This document shows, piece by piece, positions 14,386 through 27,327 of a DNA stretch of 64,000 nucleotides. A program made the position numbers and the translations under genes. Source of the DNA: Trichoplax sp. H2 (lineage: Eukaryota); assembly GCA_003344405.1 (NCBI GenBank), contig NOWV01000021.1:496001-560000 (forward strand), read 5' to 3'. A model generated the notes under the pieces. The model had not been told where the DNA came from and ran no database searches. It saw only the letters and a list, made by a program, of their open reading frames with translations. Position 1 is the first letter of the stretch, and the number at the start of each line of letters is the position of its first letter.

Positions 14386-14845
14386 CCGGCCCAGGTTGGC
14401 GTCAGGTACATGACGGCATCAATTACTCCTGTCTAGGCCTTGTGGTAAGACCGACTAGCACGCATATTCGGCAATCCTTTCTTGGACAACGATAGGTGTA
14501 CTATGCCTTCTCGATTCAATCAGCCTAACTAGAATCGGAGTGATTGCCATTTTAGCCAGGATTGTTGGGAAATTCAAGTTGTAGTGGATCTATTCATTGC
14601 TACCAGTTGTACTGACACATTTTGTACAATGTCCATGTGGTATAGGTATCGTGGAGAAGGTTCTTTTTACCAGTAAGCTGCAAACGGCAGCGCACTACTA
14701 TACTGTACGTAGTGTCCACTGCCAAAGTGCACTGCACCGTACTGCAAACGCTCGTACCAAGCTTCCAATCCAATCCTGCTGTTATTGATTCCTAGTAATA
14801 AAACCAAACAAGGGTAAAAACGCTGCCGGTTGCCGACAACTTGTG

Positions 14846-17800
14846 ATGGCTAATAGTAAAAGTCGCTCTAAATGGACGAGACCGTCTTCATCCAACATCA
14901 CAAACCACAGTGTTTCCGATCATTCGAGTAGAAGACGTAAGCCGTTTTCAATGAAATTTGCAAATACAACATGTTCACGACGCCACAGTCAAATCGTTTC
15001 GGTGAACGATGGTAAAGACCGTTGCCGTACCTTTAAGGTAAGATTATCACTCCACATCATAACATAATCATCGAATTACAACCGCCAAACTACCACGACA
15101 TATTTTAGCCATTCGCATCCTACATATTGAATGAATTGATACTATAGTATGCTTGTAAAAATCAATCGTTGAATATTATTCTTATTATACTGTACTGCAC
15201 CAACCAGATCTTGCTAAGCTTGGTATAAGACGTTTTTCCATTTGGGATTTTCCCAGATCTTGCTAAGCTTGGTACAAGACGTTTTCCATTTGGGATTTTC
15301 CCAGATCTTGCTAAGCTTGGCACAAGACGTTTTCCATTTACGCTTTTCCCTTCCATAGCTAACACGGTACTTTACTGTATCGACAGATGTATGCAACATT
15401 CTATAGTATTAATGTACTGTATTGGGCGGCAAGAAGAAATGCAAATGGCCACTGTATCGACAGTATTTACAGTCTTATACAAAAGTACAGTAGACTGAGT
15501 AAACGAGTGTAATATGAGAACTGGCAATTGCTGTCAAAAATCATACCCCAAAGTCTTCATGTCGCTATCATTGCTCTTGAAATGACTGCATTTTTTTTTT
15601 CAACGGGTATAGTTGAAATTGATACAATTTACTACAGTAGTACAGTATATTCCCTGACTTATTGAAACAATTATGGAGTTTAAACGATAATAATTATTAA
15701 TGGTACCGGACAAGTTAAATATTCATTTCAATCATGGAGTTTTCAATGACTACATCAGCATCAATTTTCTCTTCCTAATTGCGTGTAGAGTTATGTGTCT
15801 TGATCGGGAAAGACACAGTCTGTGTCAATCTCTTTCCAAGGGTTGTAAACATGCATGAACTGTGTATTCGCGATATTCTATATGCAGCACACATATATCA
15901 TATGTATGTATAGTTATTAAATAATTACTTAGTATTCTATGCTACGCTGCCTCAACGGATAATAATAGTTGTTGATGGACTGAATCTTTTGATGAATATG
16001 CCAATTAGTGTTGCTCTGTACAGTGTACAGTATAATAATGAATTGATCAACCCTAATCGAGAACTTGTACACGACTGAATGAGTGCACTACAACTCACAG
16101 TAGACGCTATGATAGGCATAAAACTAAACTATTGCAACGCTTTCATCTTCCAAAACCGTAAAAGACTTGGATAATTCATTTCGTGAATAGATCCAAAGAC
16201 TTTAGACTTTCTAAAGTCATTCAAAATAAAAATCACTCATTGTAATTGTGAATCTTATTTTAGGGAGTTTTAGTAACTCATCAAATGCATGTAAATATAA
16301 AATGCTTTATTTTTTCATTTTAATTTAGTAAAGGAGATAGAGCAAAAATAAAATAATCTTAAGAATAACTTTACAAATTGAACATTGACGAGTGGGTACG
16401 TAGGACGGTAAACTAATTCTTGATTTGCCATTTTGGCTGCACCCTTCGGTCAGGACTGTACCTACAATAATCCTACTGTACTGTACTGTATATACAGTAT
16501 GTCATACACTACAGTACCGTAGATACTGTGGATCACGGTGCTGATTAGAATTTATATTTATTTATTATCTAGCTATAAAGTCCCTCGCTCTGCATGAATT
16601 AATTAAAAGGAGGGTGGGAGGGATTATATGCAGTACAGTATACAGATGTAGATTATGTTATTACAGTCTTACCAAGCAGTACGTGAAATATCGCATAGTA
16701 TACTCGTAGACATACGGTACTCTGGATACGGACGATATTTATCCAATAATAAATATATACTGTCATGAATTTCTATGACAACGAAGCGGTTTATGCATTG
16801 AAAGAACCATGGGATTTTACTGTAATTAGAATTGTAGATACTTTTGTACTATATAGACGAAATCTGGTAATAATACGTACAGTATAGTACTGCAATCGAC
16901 TGACTCATAGTTTAATGTAGCGCCTGCTGAAAGGGATAATTTTGTCTTGCTTTCTTTTACCAAACCAAATACCTAACAATGTAGTTGTTTCAATTTTATA
17001 TCGAAATTCTACAATGACAGCAAAGTATTTCATTTCATGTGTTAACACATCACTGGGCCATAAGATACGCTTGATGAGCTAATTAATAAATACACGCCAA
17101 TATTAAACTCAGACTCCTTTGAGCATTTTTTTAATTTAATTAGATACTACTTGTATATGTCTGGAACTACTTGATGAAGAGAGAGACATGCACCGACACT
17201 TTTTTAACTCATAACGTTTTCTATTTTCTGCTATAATTTACCGTGTATCAAATGTAAATGATGTTGCTATAAGTAATTGAATTCATGATATAACATTGTT
17301 AAAGTATATATTTTACCTTTTGATCTGGTAGTTACTAAAAGCAAAGTAAAATCCCTTATTGCTTGATGCCTATCATTATAGGACCAAGGTGTCAAGAATA
17401 GAAAATTTTATAAGAATAACGCAAAAGATGAACGAAAAAGAAAATTATTTTATGAAAATAACAAGAGTATGGCAATAAAGCAAGTAGGAACTAAGGCAAT
17501 GCTTCCACCCAGTAAAACGATCCTATGTCGAGCTGGTAATAAAGCTAAAGCTACAGATCACCGAACAACTTCAAAGAGATCTGAGCCGTACGTTCAATCG
17601 CCAATTTAGCGACTACACTACTGGAGTACTCGTACCTTTTTCATTGTAAACTGTTACATACGTGTAGTGTCTACAGTAAATCTTGGTATATCGGCTACTA
17701 TATGTGTTAATTTTATAAGCTATTGCAGTACTTCTGTTTGTAGACTACAATTAATTACAATTGTAGAATATCATACATTAACTCGTAGCTTATAATTTGG

Positions 17801-18989
17801 TAAATAGGAGTGAAACCAAAGTTACTTCTGACAAAAATGAAAAAACGAATGAGGTAAAGCACTAAATTCTTTAATTTATCATGTTTTGGGCGTCTAAACT
17901 GTCCATTTTTTAACTACAGAGTTTTGTTATACCTTTCTAATTCCAGTAGCAAATTATGTTTTCAATTAACTAATCAATTATAAATGATTGCTATTCACAG
18001 ATATTAGACAGTCATCATATCATTCATGGTAAGAAGAGAATCGTGCCTCCTCTTCCTTTATTATTTCCACTTACGACTATGTTAGTAACTCCAGCTCGCG
18101 CTGGACTTCTTCCCACACCGAGGTAGGCCAAAAATTTTATCATATACGTATATGAGTGTATATAAAGTATTGAGTATTGAGTAGCGAAATTACTCAATAT
18201 CGATTTTCTGTATACTTTAGATTTGGCAGTGGCATAATTTCTTGCTTACCGAACCCAAATAAAACTCATCAAGCTCAGGCGCTAACTTTAAATAAGATTG
18301 CTAATAATGCTGCCGCACTCCAGGCTCTGAAAGAACCTCACTTGTTAACTAACTTTGCAGGAAAAAGAAAACAACCATCTAATTCAATCGCTAATAATAA
18401 TACCCAAACTGCTTTAATAAACTTTCAGCCGTCAACCGTCAATCAAAAAATTCGCAGCTCAGACGCAAGCATTTATTCCATAGGAAAGCCCACCATCAGT
18501 TGCCTACCACTACCAGCTCCTACTGCAAACACAGTACTAATCCCTAGCAGTACCGCACCTCTATTATCCACCGATAACGCTACCTCTGTTGCTTTAGTTT
18601 CTAGTGTAGCTAATATCATATCAACAGGAAATGTCTCACTCCTGACCACTGCTAATTGTATAAACACAACAGCAACAGCTATTCCTCTACTTGCTAATGC
18701 TGCCATAGTGCAAACTCAAACTAATATTCCAATCATTACAAATCCAATTGGTATTGCCGCCACGCAAGCTGCCGTCGCATTAGCCAATAGCACTAACGAT
18801 ATACTTCCACCACATACTATAAATGGTCAAGAAAAGCCAAAGCCGAAAGTTGACCCTCCAGCTGCAGTTCTTGAGAAAGCTGCACAGCTAAAAGATAAAT
18901 TAAGAGCTACACAAGCTGTATCAGCTTTACGCTTATCATCTCAACTACAGAATATAAATTCACTAGCAAGTTCTTCTTTAGTTCCGTGA
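14846..18989 (+). CDS. Uncharacterised protein, ~444 aa, Lys/Arg/Ser-rich N-terminus and Ala/Thr/Ile-rich low-complexity C-terminus
   Basis: Exons 14846-15037, 17382-17587, 17808-17853, 18001-18122, 18221-18989 join in frame with canonical sites; last exon is the 270-aa ORF; first exon inferred from phase and composition. Confidence 0.7.
15204..15339. repeat. 48/49-bp tandem repeat, ~2.8 copies
   Basis: ccagatcttgctaagcttggta.aagacgttttccatttgggattttc at 15204, 15253, 15301. Confidence 0.92.
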
Positions 18990-20960
18990 AGAAAAGTGTT
19001 AAATAAAGATATTCATCACTAGCTCATTGAAATAGATAACCATATAATATACAGTTAAATGTATCGTACTGTATCGCATTTAAGATGTAATACGTAAATT
19101 AGCGTAAGAAACACTAATTTCCCGACTAATTCCGGAAAGAAAAAATTTTATCTAATTATTAGGTATTAAACGAATTTAAAGCTAAATAGATTATCTTGGT
19201 ATTTCTGGATTTATTAACCCTTATTCTGACGTGACTTATTTATTTCCGTTTCACTATTATTGTCTTTTAACGTATAGAAAAATATTATTTACGATATTTC
19301 TCTTACTAAGGGGCAATATTAGACCTATGTAGAGTATGCTGGGTATGTTCTTTAGTGTCATGATTCTCTCTATTCGTACATATTTAATGGACGATCTTCT
19401 AATTAATGAATTCGTGTAAATTAACGTTTTACTATTGCAGCAAATGAACCATTACAATCTGATAGTCTTCATACGGATTCTGTCGTCATTGTTATTATTG
19501 TCGCAGGTTCGATAACTTAGCTATTTGAACATTATGTTTTACTCTTAAATTATTAATCTATCTGTTCTTTCGTACCCAGTATAGATATTATTAATACCTA
19601 TCTGTATATGTAACATTATGTGTACATTGTTATTTAAGGTGCTCTTAAAAATTTCTTCCTTAATTTTGATGTCACGCCCTAATACCTTTAGATCGTTTAA
19701 GGATTGATTTATTTTAACGTCCAAAATTCTTATTTAATCTTTTATTGTGTTCACCACTAAGCAGATGAATGAACATTCATTCTCTGTTATTTTCATAAGG
19801 TGAGCACAAATACAAATTCTACTATGTACTACAAATGCAGTTCTATGCGACTTACTATAAGTCACTACGTATTACTTATGCTAAAAATTATTAACTGGTA
19901 TTATTATATACAGTTATGCAAAGGATTTGTTTGAAAACTGTTCACTCTGTAGTGCTTCATTAGCACGTGTGGTAAATACAAATTTGCATCTTAATTTTCT
20001 GTGATTTCTATTTCATTATATTATAGTTATTCAATCTTATTATCATGATGTGTACGTTATCGACTTAATATCAATTGCAACTTCAATCTTATGAGCTTTG
20101 TTAAGTTTAAATCAATGATTTTACTCTGCAAACGATAGAAGTAAACTTCTTTACATGCGTCTTGCGCATGTTTTAACTTATTCAACATTTAACTGATGCT
20201 ACAATTTTAAAAAAGGCAATCTACAAATTAGGGAAAGAGTATCAGAAAGCTAATACTCATCGACTACTTTATCCATCTATGCAGAAAATAACAGAGTACA
20301 ATAGTAAAGTTAGGGTGCCAAATTACAGTGTACTAAGTAAGTTTTCACGTAGATAAAGCAACATCATTAACACATTTGTAGCGCTCAACATGACTGAGCA
20401 CGCAGTACTCAGTTGCTGTTTACAAAGAAGTCACCAACAGTTTCGCTATAGTATATTCAAATAATTAATATTTATTATCGATTACCAACTAAAATTACAT
20501 CTCTTTAAATATTGAGGAGATAATAAGATACAGTACTGTATTTGTATACGCATATTTATCCATTTAAAAAGAATATACATATTCGGCGCATTGTTGATAG
20601 AATTATAGCATCTACATACACCTATTTAGCATACAGCACTAAGTGTATATCGTACATTTCGTATTCCGAAGGCCAATATGTAGTATACCGACAATCGATA
20701 CACCATTAGCGAGAAGATAAGACGATAAAATAACAAAAAAACTTAAAATACACAACTGTACAAAAACACTAACGTATTGACGGGTGTCTTATCCAATATT
20801 GTGCCCACAGGCAATTTATAAATCTCCAAAGACTTTTGTAATAATTAGTGATACGAGGAACGCATATTTACGTAATCGTTGGTTTATCTTTAAAGCAGAC
20901 AATATCGTAACATACTGTAAATGTCAACATAACGATTACGGAATAATTAAGTCTATTTTG

Positions 20961-23900
20961 TTACGTCTTTCTAAAACCCTTAAGTATTGGGTATATGTTA
21001 TCGAAAGCTTCATAGATCTCATCCCGTACTTTGGCCCCTATATCGATACAAAAATTTTATCAATAAATTGGTCGAAAATATGCCGTCGTAAGACTGACTT
21101 TTCTTCCATGTATATGTTGCAAAAATTTCAGGAAGAAATAAACATAAAAGTACTCAAATTTATCCACTAAAAATATTATACGGTAAGTAATATTCTTACC
21201 AGTAAGAACAACTTTGCCTGAAACGAATATCAACAACACGATCCTCGGCTTGACCATCCGATAAATTAATCCCGGAAATAACTCTGGTTCGTAGCTGAAA
21301 ATAACAAGCAAGAAGCTAATTCACCAACTGTAAATAATTACCTTAAGATTATACTTAATCAAATTTAGGTGTATACACACTACCAAAATAATCTATTGAC
21401 AATTTCAAGATTTACAGCAGTATGCAAATGAGCTGACATCCTTTTGTCTCGACAAATTGTTTGCTTTATGGTATTGTACAGTCTACTAGAAGTCAAGGGG
21501 TAACAGTTCCTACTGCACATTATAGTAAGCTAAAAATTACTCGTATACAAAGATGATATAGTAAACTGTATAACGTACCTTGAGAACTGCCCGTGAGCCA
21601 GAACTAGTCCCTCTAAACGAATCGGAAATTTAACATCGCAGCTACCAACCATATTCTGGATTCTAAATTCGGTAAACTTAGCCTAATGTAAAATTGCATA
21701 GTAATGTTAACCGTATTAACGAAAAATATAAAAGCAAATTATAAAAGTCAATATGCTGCACAAGACACTAGTCTAGTCAGGGACTACTAAAAAAGAAAGA
21801 AATGGGACTGGAAACGACCACAGTGTAAAATAATGTGGAGGCTTATCATTTTTTCGGTCATTCTGCTATACGCTACCAATGAAACCGTGTACCATACTGC
21901 ACAAGACCAACTTAGCAAGCTAATAGCAGCTAATTTGGATGTCAATCGCAGGCAGTATAGTGTACCATTACAGACATGCGATACACTTGAAATGAGCAGT
22001 AAAATAATCAGCCTCCACATTATTCGTATAGTGAATCGTTTTCTGTCCCGTCTCTTTCTTTTTAGTAATCCCCGGTCTAGTACAGTAAAGAATTCAATAG
22101 AATGCAAACTGAAAGTGAAAAACAATCCTAAAATAAAATTCTACTAAATACATAAAATAATTTTGTTAAGAGATATAATTATACAAAAATGATTTATTCT
22201 TTTCTATCAGATTTATTAAGTGATGCAAGATATTACATTAAATACATAAAGTAATTTTATTAAGAGATTTAATTATACAAAAACGATTTTATTCTTTTCT
22301 AGTAGATTTATTAAGCGATGCAAGATATTACAGTAATGCACAATGATTAGATACTTATTATCTATTTAGGTTAATTTACAAATAGATGATCTTACCGGGA
22401 ATCCTAGTTTTTGAATAACTCGTGCATATTTTCGAGCAGCTAAGCGGGACTGCTCTTCACTAAAATTCAAATAAATCCATCAAATGTTTAAAAATTTACT
22501 CATTAACAAGTAACAATACCTCATGATATACAATTAACCCTTTTCAATGCTAATACTTTTACAATAATAATTATAATAAAATGGCAAGCTGGTACTATTG
22601 ATAACTTGTAGTAAAATAACAAGATCTACATCATGGAGACATTATAAATACTAATAACTAGTGCAAAAGACCCAACGGCATACCTCTTTGCACCAGTGCA
22701 TACCATCTTGCCAGAACTAAATATTAACGCGGTGGTCCTAGGTTCTCTGATTCTCATAATAACAGCAGCAAAACGCTACAAATGCAAGGAGATAAAATGT
22801 TAAAATAATGAAAGAACTCCATAAATGTTATTGGCATATGATAACTGCTACATCATGAAAAGAAAAGAAAACAATCACTCCCAACATTTATAATTATAAT
22901 AAAGTGCTCGTCTTATTTGGTCTACATTAATAAAAATTGCTTCACCTTTGGATTATATTCGGCGTTTCTGGCATGCAATGCAATTTTTTGTAATTCCAAT
23001 CTGCATCCTAAGTTAACTGTCGATACAATATTTCTGTAAACAATTACAAGATGTTTGATAAATATTAAGTCAATAGATAATACAATACCAGCACATTCTA
23101 TTGCTACTTATAATTATTTCAGTAAAATTCAATAAATATCGTACTGTAACTGTGGAAGTATTGAAGCAGCTTCAGCTGTAGCTGGCGTTCCTGGCCCAAT
23201 AGATGGAATAGCAGCAGGCGTTGATGGAGGTTGCATTTGCAGGTATGTCGAACTAGAGGTCCCTGGTACTTGTTGCGCCGCTTTATCGGATGCCGTAGAA
23301 GATGAACCCGACGTTTCCATATCTTGTGTTTCTGCCTACATTTCATTAATTTTAGAAAATACTCAATGATTCTATCTAATTTCGACGAAGGAAATGATTC
23401 GTTAATGTCATCGATTTAAACATTCATCGTATTACATTGCTTGTTTTGGATATTAAAATCGTCGCAAGTACTGTACAATGTCCATACGTGTAAGGGTATA
23501 CCTACCTGTATGTACAGTACGCAAGTTACGCCAAAAAAAAGTAATGTAATTAATCTCCAAGCAACTACCTCACATTGTTGGAATAACGGTAACGACATTT
23601 TGCTATGTACAATGCACCATACTGTAGATTCATTTTAGCAAAATTTAGACCATTTACTGTATAGGCTTTATACCTAGATGCTTTCTAAAGTGTCGGTTCA
23701 TTTTGCTAAAATTAGACTGTATCTTGTTATACTACATGTAGAACAGTGTTTACGAGAAATAAATTAATCTTGTAATTACTTTATTCAGAAGTAGAGAAAA
23801 GCCGTTCATGCAGGAATAGCAAGATACAAGTCTGGGTTAGTATTAGAACACCAAACTGGATGCATTTGCGAGAATCGTTCTAGTTAATCCTACGTTTTTA

Positions 23901-25394
23901 TTTATCCGTAAACAGCAGTATTTGTTATAGAAAAATTCTCCCTTTCCTCAAATCATGGTTTTATTCAAAGTAAAGTATTTCTGTGTTGTATCTACTATAT
24001 ACCATGCTCTACTAGAGTGTACGTACTGAATGTATTAGTGTATTGTTTCTCCAATGAATCTACCGAAATCCTTTGACGAATATAGACCTAATTTTGAGAT
24101 ATAAATATGTCTATAATATAAATATCTATTAGTACATTAATTAAGGTTAAGTTATGATTGTGACGGTATGTCATGGTAAAACAGCGTCTTCGTAGAAATG
24201 AAGCAAGGCACCAAAGAAGAATTCAAGCGATTATCTATGCCAACTAGGGTTGTAGTAATTTCATAATCAGAATTAAGACTCTTTTAAGTACAACCGATAT
24301 ACTATAAATAGCCTCAATACAGTACAAACAGGAAAACATTTGTGTAAGTTTGCGAAGTCGGGATATGGCTGGATTTCCAATACTGTATTATACAGTACAA
24401 TAATGACATGGTTTTTGAGGTCGAAAATCTTTCTGTGCCAAGTTTAATTTAACAAGATAAGAAAAAAAGGAATCCATTCTATTCTGAACACCTTAATAAA
24501 TTACATCGTATATTAATACTGCATCGACGCTGTGTTGTGGCAAATCCTAATCTAATTTCCATACCATCTACAGAGGAGGTAGAGAGCTGAGTGACAAAGG
24601 ATACGTAGTCAACGCCGACTGTCAAAACATATACAGTAATTGTCATGGAAATAATTGTCGGTGCGCCATTTCCAAGTACCCCTACTACAAGTAGAACATG
24701 TTGTTGTCGTGACTATTAGCAAATGTATCCACCAAGATATTCTTGATCCCATTAAAAAGGGGGGGGGGTTTAAATATTATTCTGACGAATGATAGGAAAG
24801 AGAAAAATACTGGCGGGTCGTTTCCTCATGAATTGGAGTAATAAAGAACAATTAAAACGTGCCCATTCATCTATAATAAGACTTGATTAAGCAAGCAAGT
24901 TGTACCTATAAACGGTAGAATGTATTTACAGTAAATAGGCATTTTCAAGCAAAATATCACCCTTGATAAACCCTTATACTTTCACTGTAGTAGTCCTTTA
25001 GTTGAAGATTTTGCCTAGCATATCGTATCCTCCAGGTGGACAAGAATCCAGCGTGTAAAGATAGCGAAACTGAATTCAAGGAAAATGTTGAATAATGCAA
25101 TGAATTTTCAAGGCTAGACAAGACCCATTATAATAGCACAAGGATATCAAGGCTATTTTGGCAAATAAGGCATTCCATCCAGCTCAAGCCAGAAAAGATG
25201 GCTAATAAAATGGCATGCTATTGATGAAGTCAAGCATTGTCGATACCGATTGGTTACCGCAAGTTGGGTCCATTTGCATGTTACGACAACCCTGTAGTTT
25301 TTTGTATTTATCCTCGTCCATTGCTTATCCTACTTACAGTCTGCTTTTCTTGCTCCTGTCCAGTGCGAGGACGGCTCCTGATATTGCTTGCCAT
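20961..25394 (-). CDS. TBP: TATA-box-binding protein, ~255 aa (231 aa if it starts at ATG 23320)
   Basis: Exons 25338-25394 (putative first, [19 protein letters not shown]), 23145-23335, 22946-23033, 22684-22775, 22396-22459, 21579-21682, 21200-21294, 20961-21037; motifs [71 protein letters not shown]. Confidence 0.97.
21778..22074. mobile_element. MITE-like (hAT-type) element, copy 2, in a TBP intron
   Basis: TIRs cagggactactaaaaaagaaaga / tctttctttttagtaatccccg, inner inverted pair aataatgtggaggct / agcctccacattatt, flanked by direct repeat GTCTAGT (21771-21777 and 22075-22081). Confidence 0.82.
22145..22332. repeat. 94-bp tandem duplication in the same TBP intron
   Basis: taaatacataaa.taatttt.ttaagagat...gatgcaagatattaca at 22145 and 22239. 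Confidence 0.9.
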
Positions 25395-25586
25395 ATTACC
25401 TTGATTTAATTGCCAGGAAAAATGAACGATGATCTCAGTAAGATCGGAAATTTCCCCTTAGCCGTACAACCTTCTTCTTCTTGCTTGTTTTGTCAACTGA
25501 CAGTTATTGAAGGGTGAAGTCGATCGGTCGTCTCAACCCAGCTTGCACTTCAGTACCCCGGTCTGCGTGCCGTTAGTACAGTACCA

Positions 25587-26433
25587 GTTCAAGTGTGAAA
25601 ATTTGAGCTGCTGGCCTATGCTGGTCAATACAGTTGTTCCTTGAGATGAGTTCGAGTTACTGTACTGTACAGTGTACCGTACTGTACTGTATCAATCGAT
25701 GCGCACGCGTAAACGACTGTCCAGTTGATTGGATTCAAGAAGTGAGTCAATTTTAAATTTTTTTAGACGGCGTCTAAAATAGATACTTGAGTTTTTAATG
25801 GCATTGAGGCACCATCTTACACTTACAGGATGGCATCAAATTGAAGTTGTAGACTGTAAAAGGGATACATTATCGTACAAGTTCAAGTGTGAAAATTCGA
25901 GCTGCTGCCCTGTGCTGGTCAATACAGTTGTTCCTCGAGACGAGTTCGAGTTACTGTACTGTACTGCACTGTATCAATCGATGCGCGTGCGTAAATAACT
26001 GTCCAGTTTATAATGAATTCAAGTAAGCAGATTTTTTTAGACGGCGTCTAAAATATATACACTCGATTTTTTAATGGCATTGAGGCACCATCATACTCTT
26101 AAAGGATGGCATCAAATTGAAGTTGTAGACTGCAAAAGGGATACATTATCGTACAAGTTCAAGTGTGAAAATTCGAGCTGCTGCCCTGCCCTGTGCTGGT
26201 CAATACAGTTGTTCCTTGAGACGAGTTCGAGTTACTGTACTGTACTGTACTGTATCAATCGATGCGCGTGCGTAAATAACTGTCCAGTTTATAATGAATT
26301 CAAGTAAGCAGATTTTTGGAGACGGCGTCTAAAATATATACACTCAACTTTTTAATGGCATTGAGGCACCATCTTACACTTAAAGGATGGCATCAAATTG
26401 AGTTTGTAGACTGTAAAAAGGATACATCATCGT
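25587..26433. repeat. Three tandem ~276-294-bp units immediately upstream of TBP
   Basis: gttcaagtgtgaaaatt.gagctgctg starts at 25587, 25881, 26157; units contain palindrome ttttagacggcgtctaaaa; the ORFs at 25798 and 26074 are repeat artefacts. Confidence 0.95.
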
Positions 26434-27327
26434 TTAAGCGACTTACGCTGAGATATCGACATCAACATGGCTAGTGTTTCTGTACACTAGTATCATGGAC
26501 CTGTACTCCATTTCTCTACTCTACAGTATGTCGTTACAGTACTACAGTATATTTCTATGCTAGTACAGTATACTGTACTGTACACTGTACAGTACGCAAC
26601 AAATGGCGTCACCAGTCACGACGTGCACTACCAGGTGACCTGAGAAAGGTTCGGTCCGGTTCGGACCGTTACGATCTATATTCAGTACCAGTACCAGTGT
26701 CTATGTTCTGGACTAGTGCGGACCGTGATAGGACTGACGTCAATCGGGTACGGACCGGTACGGTTACTAGGACTGCCGCAAGTGCTGCTATTAAAGCCGT
26801 ATACGAAAACTGCGATACCCAACGCAAATGGTCTTATTAAGGAATTCATGAATGGGTGATATATATTCTAAACATCCATTTCATTTTTTAAAATAGGCAG
26901 TAATCACTGTAGAGTAGAGCACAACACGATGGTGCCAGAAACAGCAAGTGCTATGAGTTAGAATCTTAGTCATCTCGTTACGCTTTCCAATGCGATTACG
27001 CGTAAATAGCTCTTGATACATTTAGCGTTGTAAGTAGTAAATAAAGTATTGGCTAACCTAAGGTTGCTAAGCTTGTTTTTGGAGTCTGTAGACCAAGTAT
27101 CTCAGCTAACCCAATAGTTGGGAGTATCTCGTCAGCTATCCCAACTCTGTCAGGTTCATATACACCGAACGGTAAGACTGTGCTGTAGTGACAGCAATAA
27201 CCGTATCATGGACTATATTGTCCGCATCAGAGGCTCTTTTAGGATCTCTAGTCCACAGCGTCAAACACCCTTAAGGTTAAGAAGTACTATACAAGTACTG
27301 TAAAATCGTAGTTTACATACCGAAACT

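Noticed and set aside
21787..22147. Overlapping 104-112-aa ORFs on both strands
   Set aside because: They lie within the MITE in a TBP intron; no transposase motifs
24594..24604. Minus-strand GTATCCTTT as a second U12 donor in TBP intron 1
   Set aside because: No matching U12 branch site before the 23335 acceptor; similar words occur by chance elsewhere (30880, 51070)
25587..26433. Tandem units as CRISPR array, tRNA/snRNA/5S cluster or protein-coding repeats
   Set aside because: No unique spacers, cloverleaf or snRNA signature; the ORFs are not conserved in frame between units
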